From an uncultured Candidatus Binatia bacterium (GTDB taxonomy: Bacteria > Desulfobacterota > Binatia > UBA9968 > JAJDTQ01): a stretch of DNA of 64,000 nt. Made by a program: the position numbers and the translations under genes. The DNA lies in NCBI GenBank assembly GCA_964291295.2, contig OZ219754.1:2336001-2400000 (forward strand). The letters are read 5' to 3'. The notes beneath the pieces were generated by a model, which saw nothing but the letters and a program-made list of their open reading frames with translations, did no database searches and had not been told where the DNA came from. How positions within the stretch are numbered: the stretch's first letter is position 1; each line of letters starts with the position of its first letter. Positions 45,779 through 54,053 of this stretch are shown here, piece by piece.

Positions 45779-46663
45779 GTGAAACCGGCCAGCTTCGAGT
45801 ATCACGACCCGACGAGCGTGTCCGAGACCACCGCGCTGCTGGGCGCTCTGGGGGAGGAGGCGCGGGTGCTTGCCGGCGGCCAGAGTCTGGTGCCGCTGAT
45901 GAACTTCCGCCTGGCCCGGCCCGCCCACCTGGTGGACCTGGGGCGGGTGGCGGCGTTGGACTTCCTTGCGGTGGAGGGGGCGGAATTGCGCATCGGCGCC
46001 ATGACCCGGCAGCGGGTGCTGGAGCGCTCCGGCACGGTAGCGGCGGGCTGGCCGTTGCTGCGTGAAGCCGCGGGATTCATCGGCCACGTCCAGATACGGA
46101 ACCGGGGCACGGTGGGTGGCAGTCTCGCCCACGCCTTCCCTTCGGCCGAGTTGCCGCTGGCCATGGTCACGCTGGGCGCTGTCCTGCTGTTGCAGCGGGA
46201 GAGCGGGGAGCGCGCGGTGGCGGCGGAGGAATTCTTCCTGGGCACCATGACCACGGTCCTGGAGCCGGGCGAACTGCTCCGTGAAGTGCGGGTTCCGGAG
46301 ACCGCCCCGGGCAGCGGCGTTTCGTTCCAGGAAGTGAGCCGCCGCTACGGTGACTTTGCGCTGGCGGCGGCGGCGGCGCGGGTAACCCTGGACCGGCACG
46401 GCGCGGTGGCCGCCGTCCGCCTGACCCTCACCGGCGCGGCGCCGGTTCGAGCGCATGCGGCCGAGGAGGTGCTGCTGGGGGAGAAGCCGTCGGAGGCCCT
46501 GTTCCGGGAAGCCGCCGGGCGCGCAGTGGCCGGCACCGAACAGGACGCGGACATGCATGCCAGCGCCGACTACCGCCGCCGCGCCTGCGCGGCCATGGCC
46601 CGGCGCGCGTTGACCCGGGCGGCGCAACGGGCGGCCGCGGCCTTCGAGGAGACAGGCCCATGA
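45779..46663 (+). CDS. Molybdenum hydroxylase FAD-binding (medium) subunit, CoxM/XdhB-like
   Basis: GGAGG RBS before GTG 45779; KPASFEY, LAGGQSLVPLMNFRLA, IRNRGTVGGS, GDFAL. Confidence 0.9.
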   Translation: MKPASFEYHDPTSVSETTALLGALGEEARVLAGGQSLVPLMNFRLARPAHLVDLGRVAALDFLAVEGAELRIGAMTRQRVLERSGTVAAGWPLLREAAGFIGHVQIRNRGTVGGSLAHAFPSAELPLAMVTLGAVLLLQRESGERAVAAEEFFLGTMTTVLEPGELLREVRVPETAPGSGVSFQEVSRRYGDFALAAAAARVTLDRHGAVAAVRLTLTGAAPVRAHAAEEVLLGEKPSEALFREAAGRAVAGTEQDADMHASADYRRRACAAMARRALTRAAQRAAAAFEETGP

Positions 46664-47166
46664 GCAAGCGCAGGATCACGGTGCGGGTGAACGGCGTCGC
46701 GCACGCCGGTGTGGTGGAGCCGCGCAAACTCCTGAGCGACTTCATTCGCGACGACTTGGGTCTGACCGGCACGCATGTGGGCTGCGAACACGGCGTTTGC
46801 GGCGCCTGCACGGTGCTGCTCCACGGCGACCCGGTGCGTTCCTGCCTGATGTTCGCGGTGCAGGCGGACGGGGCCGAGATCGACACGGTGGAGGGGTTGG
46901 CACCGGACGCGCGCACGCTGCATCCCCTGCAGGAGAAATTCCAGGAACGGCATGGGCTCCAGTGCGGTTTCTGCACCCCCGGCATCCTGCTCACCGCGCG
47001 GGCGCTGTTGCGGGAGAACCCCGACCCGGGTGAGACCGAGGTCCGCGAGTGGATCAGCGGCAATCTGTGCCGCTGTACGGGTTACCGGAACATCGTCACC
47101 GCCATTCGCGAGGCTGCGGCGGCCCTGTCCTCAGGGGAGGCTGCGGCGGCGCTCCGAAAGGGCTGA
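46660..47166 (+). CDS. Molybdenum hydroxylase 2x[2Fe-2S] (small) subunit, CoxS-like
   Basis: GCEHGVCGACTV...SC, QCGFCTPG, NLCRCTGY; ATGA overlap with the upstream gene. Confidence 0.93.
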   Translation: MSKRRITVRVNGVAHAGVVEPRKLLSDFIRDDLGLTGTHVGCEHGVCGACTVLLHGDPVRSCLMFAVQADGAEIDTVEGLAPDARTLHPLQEKFQERHGLQCGFCTPGILLTARALLRENPDPGETEVREWISGNLCRCTGYRNIVTAIREAAAALSSGEAAAALRKG

Positions 47167-47176
47167 AGGAACGGCC

Positions 47177-49480
47177 GTGGCCTACATCGGTTCGAACGTC
47201 AGGCGCAAGGAGGACGTGCCGTTGCTGCGGGGCGTCGGCACGTACGTCGGGGATATCCGGCGGCCGGGAATGGTGCATGCCGCGGTGCTCCGGAGCAGCC
47301 GCGCCCACGCGCGGCTTGCCGATCTTGACGCCTCCCGGGCGTTGGAGTTGCCGGGCGTGGCCGGCGTGCTCACGGCTGCGGACATGCCGGGCCTCGGGAC
47401 CATTCCCATGCGCATGGGACAGATACCCGGTCTGGAAAGGTCGCAGCAGCCCCCCGTCGCCACCGACCGGGTGCGCTACGTGGGCGAGCCCGTGGCCGTG
47501 GTGGTGGCGCGGGACCGGTACGTGGCCGAGGATGCGCTGGAGCGGGTGGATGTGGTCTACGAGGAGCTGCCGGCGGTGACAGACGCGCGCGCCGCCATGA
47601 CACCGGAGGCGCCTTGGCTCCACGACGCGGTGCCGGGCAACGTCCCGGCCGAGTTCAAGGTGGAGACGGGCGACGTGAAACGCGCGTTGGCCGGGTGCGA
47701 TCTCATTGTCGAGGAAACCTTCGAGACCCAGCGTCATGCCGCCGTGCCGCTGGAGACCCGCGGTCTGGTGGCGGAGTATGACCAGGGCCGCGGCATTCTC
47801 ACCGTGTGGGGGCCCACCAAGATGACCCACGCCAACTGGCGCATCCTCTCGGAGTTGATGGGCTTGCCCCAGAGCGCCATCCATTTCATCGAGCCGGCGG
47901 TGGGCGGCGGTTTCGGTGCCCGGGGCGAATTCTATCCCGAGGATTTCCTGATTCCCTTTGCGGCCATGCACTTCCGCCTGCCGGTGTGCTGGATCGAGGA
48001 CCGCTCCGAGAATCTCAAGGCCATGAACCAGTCGCGGCAGCAGTCGTACCGGGTGCGGCTGGGGCTGCGCAAGGACGGCACGATGGTGGCCATGGATGCG
48101 GAGATCCTGTTCGACATGGGCGGCTACACCCGCACCCACGGCGGCGTGCCGGTGGTCTCGTCCTCGGCCATGTTGCGCGGCCCGCTGCGCATCGAGAACT
48201 ATGCTTGTCAGGTCCATTGCGTGCTCACCAACAAGACGCCGGTGGGCACCTACCGGAGCCCCGGCCGCTACGAGGCCAACTTCGTGCGCGAGCGGCTCGT
48301 GGACATGGCGGCTCACCGCCTCGGGCTCGACCCCGCGGAACTGCGGCGGCGCAACCTGATCCGCCCCGAGGAGATGCCCTACGACCTCGGCGCGCACCCG
48401 TACCACTACAACGTGTACGACAGCGGCGATCTGCCGGGGCAACTCGACGCCGCCCTGCGCCGCATGAGCCATGTTGAGCTTCAGCGGCGCTGCGCCGCCG
48501 CCCGGGCCGAAGGCCGGGCGGTGGGCGTGGGCATCGGCTGCTTCGTGGAGACCAGCGGCATCGGACCTTGGGAATACGCCAGGGTGGAGGTGGACAACAA
48601 CGGTGGCGTGGTGCTCTACAGCGGCGTCAACTCGGTGGGGCAGGGCATCGCCACGGCCCTGAGCCAGATCGTCGCGGACGAACTGTGCGTGTCCATCGAG
48701 GATGTGCGGGTGGTGCACGGCGACACCGCCCGGGTGCCCTACGGCAACGGCAGCAACGCCAGCCGCTCCACCGTCATGGGCGGGAGTGCGGCGGTGGGCG
48801 CTTGCCGCAAGGTCCGGGAGAAGCTCCTGCGGCTGGCGTCCCGGGAACTGGAGATCGACGCCGGCGACCTGGTGCGGGCGGACGGCCGCATCCATGCCAA
48901 GGGCGCGCCGGAGCGGAGCCTCGACTTCGCCGCGCTGGCCCGGCTGGCGCTGCCCGGGTCAGCCCTGTCCCGGGGTTTCACGCCCGGCATCTCCGAAGAG
49001 CATTTCTTCGCCACCGACAAGCGGCCGTTCCCCTACGGCGTTCACGTGGCGGTGGTGGAGGTGGACCGGGAGACCGGCATGATCGAGATCCTCGACTACC
49101 TCGTGATGGAGGACGTGGGACGCAAGATCAACCCCATGATCGTGGAGGGTCAGATGGCCGGCGGCCTGGCCCAGGGCATCGGCGGCGCGCTGCTGGAGGA
49201 GTTCGCCTTCGACGAGAACGGACAGCCCCAGGCCACCAGTTTCATGGACTATCTCATGCCCACCGCCATGGACGTGCCCCGGAGCGAGCTCATTTCCACC
49301 GAGGACTTCCCCTCGCCCCACAACCCGCTGGGGGTCAAGGGAGCCGGGGAGGGCGGCATCACCGCCGCCGGCGCGGCCTTGGCCAATGCCGTCTCCGATG
49401 CCCTCGGCGTGGAGGTCACGCGGTTGCCGCTCAAGCCCGGCTACCTTCTGGAACTGGTGGATGCCGCGGGACAGGACTGA
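47177..49480 (+). CDS. Xanthine dehydrogenase family molybdopterin-binding (large) subunit, CoxL-like
   Basis: AAGGA RBS before GTG 47177; RRKED..LLRG, DRVRYVGEPVAVV, VGGGFG, TYRSPGR, GQGIAT, NPMIVEGQ, KGAGEGG. Confidence 0.92.
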   Translation: MAYIGSNVRRKEDVPLLRGVGTYVGDIRRPGMVHAAVLRSSRAHARLADLDASRALELPGVAGVLTAADMPGLGTIPMRMGQIPGLERSQQPPVATDRVRYVGEPVAVVVARDRYVAEDALERVDVVYEELPAVTDARAAMTPEAPWLHDAVPGNVPAEFKVETGDVKRALAGCDLIVEETFETQRHAAVPLETRGLVAEYDQGRGILTVWGPTKMTHANWRILSELMGLPQSAIHFIEPAVGGGFGARGEFYPEDFLIPFAAMHFRLPVCWIEDRSENLKAMNQSRQQSYRVRLGLRKDGTMVAMDAEILFDMGGYTRTHGGVPVVSSSAMLRGPLRIENYACQVHCVLTNKTPVGTYRSPGRYEANFVRERLVDMAAHRLGLDPAELRRRNLIRPEEMPYDLGAHPYHYNVYDSGDLPGQLDAALRRMSHVELQRRCAAARAEGRAVGVGIGCFVETSGIGPWEYARVEVDNNGGVVLYSGVNSVGQGIATALSQIVADELCVSIEDVRVVHGDTARVPYGNGSNASRSTVMGGSAAVGACRKVREKLLRLASRELEIDAGDLVRADGRIHAKGAPERSLDFAALARLALPGSALSRGFTPGISEEHFFATDKRPFPYGVHVAVVEVDRETGMIEILDYLVMEDVGRKINPMIVEGQMAGGLAQGIGGALLEEFAFDENGQPQATSFMDYLMPTAMDVPRSELISTEDFPSPHNPLGVKGAGEGGITAAGAALANAVSDALGVEVTRLPLKPGYLLELVDAAGQD

Positions 49481-49753
49481 AGACACCGCCGCGCCGGAGC
49501 CCCGCGGCGAACCCGGCGACATCGGGGAGATCCACCCTGCGTCCATACCCGACGATGCGTCGATCAGACGACGACGGTCCGTCCGCGGCGCCGGCGAACC
49601 GCACGGCCCGAGGACGCGCGCCGTCTGCGCGGCCTTGACCGAAGCGGAGATCCCGTCGGTTCCCGGTGGCGCCGCGCGCGATCTGTGGGAAGAGGCCGAC
49701 GGTGGTTCGCCGCCGGCGGGGCTCCCCGGTCTCCCGCGCAAGGGCCGCGGCGG

Positions 49754-50658
49754 TCAGGGACGCCCCGCTTCCCGTCCGCCCGTCCCGGTCGTTCCCCGAC
49801 GGCTCAACGTTCCGCCGGTCTCGACAGGGCTCCCGGCCGGACCACGCCACGAATGGGCTGGCGCCCATCCCAGGATCTCCTTGGCGCGGGCGTTGGCAAA
49901 GACGCCGCGGCTGCCGGTGAGCGCCCGGGCGCGGTCGCCGATGGCCGGATTGAGGCGGGGCAGCAGTTCGCACAGGGGCTCGGATACGGATCTGTCGTCG
50001 GTCACCACGAACATCACCGTGCCGCCGGGCACGGGCCGCTCCACCGCCAGACGGAACGCCACCGCCAGATCCCGCACGTCGATATAGCTGTATTCCCGCC
50101 AACCCTCGGGCTGCCGGCCGCCGGTGCGGCGCATCTCGTCGAGCGCCTCCGGCGTCACCACGCCGCTGGGGCGGATCACCACCGTCTCCACGCCCTTCAG
50201 GGCGTAGGACCGGGCGACGGTTTCGCCGAGCTGTTTCGACAGGCCGTAGAGATCGATGGGTCTCAACGGATGCGCTTCGTCGATGGGCAGGTAGTCGGGC
50301 ATGAACGCACCGCCGCTGTAGGCCCATCCCACCGCCGCGTTGCTGCTGGTGGAGACCACCCGCGGGATGCCGAGCCGGAACGCGGCGTGGTGAACGTTGA
50401 AGGTGCCGTTGACGTTGGTCTCGAAGACGACGCCGGCGGGAGCGACGTCGGGATTGTGAACCGCCGCCAGATGGACGATGGCGTCGGTTCCCGCGGCCGC
50501 CTCCAGGACCTGGCCGAGGTCCTGGATCTCGCCTGCCAGAAACCGGGCGCCGCCGCCTTCCCGGGGACCCCGCAACCGGTCCAGACCGTGCCGCGGAGCA
50601 GTTCGTCCACCACGCCTCGACCGACCTTGCCCAATCCGCCGGTAACCAGAATCTTCAC
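49754..50658 (-). pseudogene. NAD-dependent epimerase/dehydratase (extended SDR), frameshifted near 50600
   Basis: AAGGAGG RBS + GTG 50658 gives KILVTGGLGKVG..VVDELLR; the remainder (LDR...DAIVHLAA, NVNGT, YGLSK, YIDVRDLA) is in another frame. Confidence 0.8.
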
Positions 50659-50779
50659 GGTGACCCTCCTTGAAGTGCGCTTATCCGCAGGATGGGTTAT
50701 CCGGTCCAGGTGGTAACACCGGGTCACGTTTTTCGTCAACAGGACGGGCCGTTTCCCCGGGCAGTGCCCGCTGGCTGCT

Positions 50780-50808
50780 TTGACAGCGGGGCGGGGAGGC
50801 GGTAAAAG
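50780..50808 (+). promoter_or_regulatory. Candidate sigma70 promoter for dctQM
   Basis: TTGACA-N17-TAAAAG, about 60 nt upstream of ATG 50868. Confidence 0.5.
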
Positions 50809-50867
50809 CAGAGGATTTCCGCCGGCAGGCAGCGGGCGGAGGTTCCCGAAGTTTGGACGGAGGCAGG

Positions 50868-51380
50868 ATGCAAAGTGTCGCACGGGCCTACGAACGACTT
50901 CTCGATGCGCTCAAGGTGGGCGCCGAGCTCGTCGTCTTTCTGATCTTCTTTCTCATCGTCACCGACGTGTTCATCCGTCTGGCGGGGTTGCAGCCGTCGA
51001 CTTACACGTATGGCGTGGTGGAGTACAGCCTGCTGTGGTTCACCATGTTGGGAGCGCCGTGGCTGGTGCGCATGAAGGGGCACGTGTTCGTGGACTCGCT
51101 GGTGCAGCTTCTGCCCGGCAGCGTGCAGTATGTGCTGGCCAAATTCGTGTATCTCCTCTGCACCGCGGGCTCGCTCTTTTTTCTTTACTATTCGTTGCGG
51201 CTGACCATCGACGCTTTCGTTTCGGGCGAAATGGACATCCGGGGTGAGCCCCAGCCCCTGTGGCTTCTGTTCCTGCCCATGCCGCTGTCCTTCTCCCTGG
51301 TGACCGTCGAGTTTCTCCGCTTCCTGGTGGGCGTCGACACCCTGTACACCTCGCGCACCGAGGTTCGGGAGAACGTGTGA
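50868..51380 (+). CDS. dctQ: TRAP transporter small permease (DctQ)
   Basis: Four hydrophobic segments, DVFIR, EYSLLWFTMLGA...GHVFVD; GGAGG RBS. Confidence 0.88.
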   Translation: MQSVARAYERLLDALKVGAELVVFLIFFLIVTDVFIRLAGLQPSTYTYGVVEYSLLWFTMLGAPWLVRMKGHVFVDSLVQLLPGSVQYVLAKFVYLLCTAGSLFFLYYSLRLTIDAFVSGEMDIRGEPQPLWLLFLPMPLSFSLVTVEFLRFLVGVDTLYTSRTEVRENV

Positions 51381-52690
51381 TGGAATGGTACTGGGCTTTC
51401 GCTCTTCTGGTGGGGATGGTGGTCTGCCTGATGGCCATCGGGGTTCCCGTGGCATTTGCCTTCATCACCACGAACTTCATCGGCATCTTCATCTTTGCCG
51501 GCGCCCACGGCTTCATCCAGGTGGCCGACAACTCCACCGCGCTGATTACCCGGTTCACCCTGGGTCCCGTGCCCATGTTCATCATGATGGGCGCGCTGTT
51601 CTTTCACACCGGCTTGGCCATCCGTGTCTTCGACGGCCTCGACACGCTGTTCGGCAAGCTCAAGGGCCGGCTTTGCTACCTGACGGTGGCCGGCGGCACG
51701 GTCTTTTCCACCCTCACCGGCTCCTCCATGGCCAACACCGCCATGCTGGGGTCGCTGCTGGTGCCGGAGATGCAGCGGCGGGGCTACAACTGGCGCATGT
51801 CCATGGGACCGATCCTGGGCACCGGCGGCCTCGCCATGATCATCCCGCCGTCGGCGCTGGCGGTGCTGCTGGCAAGCGTGGCCAACATCGACGTGGGACG
51901 TCTGCTGATCGCGGGTTTCCTGCCCGGCGTGGTGCTGGCCGGGCTGTATGTGGCGATGCTGTATCTCCAGCTCCTGGTCAACCCCGGGAGCGCGCCGGCC
52001 TACGACGTACCGCCCACCACCTGGTTCCACAGGATCAAGCTTGTCTGTTTCAACATTCTTCCGGTGAGCATCGTGATCTTCATGGTCATCGGCTTCATCA
52101 TCCTGGGGATCGCCACCCCCACGGAGTCCGCCGCCTGCGGCGTTCTCGGGGTGTTCCTCCTGGCCGCGGGCTTTCGCGTGCTCAAGTGGGAGTCCATCCG
52201 CACTTCGCTTTCGGGCACGGTGCGCGTGGCCGGCATGGTGTTCTTCATCATCATGAACTCCACCGTGTTCAGCCAGCTCCTGGCCTATTCGGGTGCCACC
52301 GCGGGCATGCTGGAGTGGGCCACGAGCTTCGAGGTGTCCCGCCTTGTGGTGCTGGCGGTGATGTTCCTGGTGCTGATCATTCTGGGCATGTTCATGGACG
52401 CCACATCCATGATGCTCATCACCGTCCCCATCTTCTTTCCCCTCGCCGAGGCCCTGGGCTTCGACCTGATCTGGTTCGGCCTGTTCGTGCTGATGACCCT
52501 GGAGATGGCCGGCACCACGCCGCCGTTCGGACTGCTGCTCTATGTGATGCTCGGCGTGGCGCCCCGGGGCACCACCCTGCTGCAGGTGGCCAGCGCCGCG
52601 GTCCCGTTCCTGGTGTGCGACCTGATCCTGATTCTGATCCTGATCGCGTGGCCCGAACTCGCCCTGTTCCTTCCCGACCTGATGGAGTGA
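51380..52690 (+). CDS. dctM: TRAP transporter large permease (DctM)
   Basis: GVPVAFA, VPMFIMMG, GSSMA, IIPPS, ATPTESA, GMFMD, TPPFG; TGATG overlap with dctQ. Confidence 0.93.
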   Translation: MEWYWAFALLVGMVVCLMAIGVPVAFAFITTNFIGIFIFAGAHGFIQVADNSTALITRFTLGPVPMFIMMGALFFHTGLAIRVFDGLDTLFGKLKGRLCYLTVAGGTVFSTLTGSSMANTAMLGSLLVPEMQRRGYNWRMSMGPILGTGGLAMIIPPSALAVLLASVANIDVGRLLIAGFLPGVVLAGLYVAMLYLQLLVNPGSAPAYDVPPTTWFHRIKLVCFNILPVSIVIFMVIGFIILGIATPTESAACGVLGVFLLAAGFRVLKWESIRTSLSGTVRVAGMVFFIIMNSTVFSQLLAYSGATAGMLEWATSFEVSRLVVLAVMFLVLIILGMFMDATSMMLITVPIFFPLAEALGFDLIWFGLFVLMTLEMAGTTPPFGLLLYVMLGVAPRGTTLLQVASAAVPFLVCDLILILILIAWPELALFLPDLME

Positions 52691-52704
52691 GCGGCGCCGA
52701 AATG

Positions 52705-52744
52705 AAAGGCCCCCGATCCGGCTTCCGCGGATCGGGGGCCTTTT
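52705..52744. terminator. Bidirectional intrinsic terminator
   Basis: AAAGGCCCCCGATCCG-loop-CGGATCGGGGGCCTTTT between convergent dctM and dctP. Confidence 0.88.
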
Positions 52745-52766
52745 GACGCGCGCGTCGGTACCGGCC

Positions 52767-53765
52767 TCAGGGCGCCGAGTACATCTTCTCCTTCAGCTTC
52801 GCGAAGGGGACGGTATATTTCTTGTCCTTGCGCGCATCCCAGGAGCGCTCATAGATGGTTCGCAGGTAAGCGCTCGCGACCTTGCCCTTGAGTTCGATCT
52901 TCTGGACACCCGCGGCCCACAGTTTTTCGTTGTCGATGTCCGCCTTTTTCCGGAGGATGGTGACGCTGTTCTCCTCGAAGGCAAGGCCTTGCTTGTCGAG
53001 CATGGCTCGTACGGATTCGGGTAGCGCCTTCCACTTGTCGAGGTTGATCACGACCATGGAGCCGCTGCGATAGAACCCGGGGTAGAAACGGTACTTGAGG
53101 AACTTCTGCACACCATACTTGGTGAGTCCCCCCTCGGGCCAGGCGAGCCCTTCGACGAGACCCCGTTGCAGGCCCGTGTACATCTCGCCGGCGGACATGT
53201 TGATGGGCGTGGCGTTCATGGCCTTGAAGAACGGATTGTAGGTGGCGGTGGAGCGCATCTTGTGGCCCGAGAGGTCGAGGCCCGTGGCTTCGCTCTGTTT
53301 CGGCATGAACGTGGTGTAGATGTGGAAGTCCACGCCATAGCAGCACCAGCCCAGGATCCGCGCGTTCATCTTGGCGCCCCATGGATCCTGGAGCTGGTCG
53401 ATGGCGCCGTTCTCGCGCAGTTCCCGGGTGGAGAGATTGGTCACCGACGTCAGGCCGGCTTCGGCCACGATTCCCTCGAAGTAGCCCATGGGACAGAAGA
53501 TCATGTCCACCAGACCGCGCTTGAGGGAGTTTGCCTGCTTCGAGCGATGCGTCACTTCCGGACCGCCCACGTAATGGAGCCTGGCCTCTCCCTTGGCCAT
53601 CTTGTTGAATGGCTCGAAGAAGCCCTCGAAGTAGGACTCCACCTGGTCGTGGGTCTTGGCCAGACAGGACATGACCCGCAGCGTGACCGCACCCTGCGCG
53701 GAGGTGGCCAGAAACAACAGGGCGAACGTCAGCGCGACGATCGCCCCAAGCGTGATTCTTCTCAT
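52767..53765 (-). CDS. dctP: TRAP transporter substrate-binding protein (DctP)
   Basis: Signal peptide ending AQG/A, GGPEV, DLSGHKMRS, GEMYTGLQRGLVEG, NLDKWKALPE; GGAGG RBS. Confidence 0.9.
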   Translation of the reverse strand: MRRITLGAIVALTFALLFLATSAQGAVTLRVMSCLAKTHDQVESYFEGFFEPFNKMAKGEARLHYVGGPEVTHRSKQANSLKRGLVDMIFCPMGYFEGIVAEAGLTSVTNLSTRELRENGAIDQLQDPWGAKMNARILGWCCYGVDFHIYTTFMPKQSEATGLDLSGHKMRSTATYNPFFKAMNATPINMSAGEMYTGLQRGLVEGLAWPEGGLTKYGVQKFLKYRFYPGFYRSGSMVVINLDKWKALPESVRAMLDKQGLAFEENSVTILRKKADIDNEKLWAAGVQKIELKGKVASAYLRTIYERSWDARKDKKYTVPFAKLKEKMYSAP

Positions 53766-54053
53766 CGTGTACCCTCCCTTGCCGGGGCATGTTCCCCGAC
53801 CGGTTGATGCCTCGGCTGAAGCCCGATCCGGTGCTGACCCTTATTAAAGTCCTGGAAGGTTGTCAAGACGAGCGGAGCGTCGATCCAGTTCCCCCGTACC
53901 GGGTCTGGCTGCGTCCGCGGTCCGCACAGGCGATGGAGGGCCTTGTATGTTTCCGCCGCGCCCGCTCCGTCGTTCTCGCAGTTCATGGTGCAACGCTCGG
54001 TGTCCGACCGGGTGCCGTCCATCCGCATTTGCCAGTCATGACCCATGGACCTG

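Noticed and set aside
45779-49480. Aerobic CO dehydrogenase (coxMSL)
   Set aside because: Gene order fits, but the AYxCSFR motif and the accessory cox genes are absent.
49481-49753. GC-rich hairpin-prone spacer between convergent genes as a REP/MITE
   Set aside because: Only short imperfect palindromes expected at this GC content; no second copy recognised.
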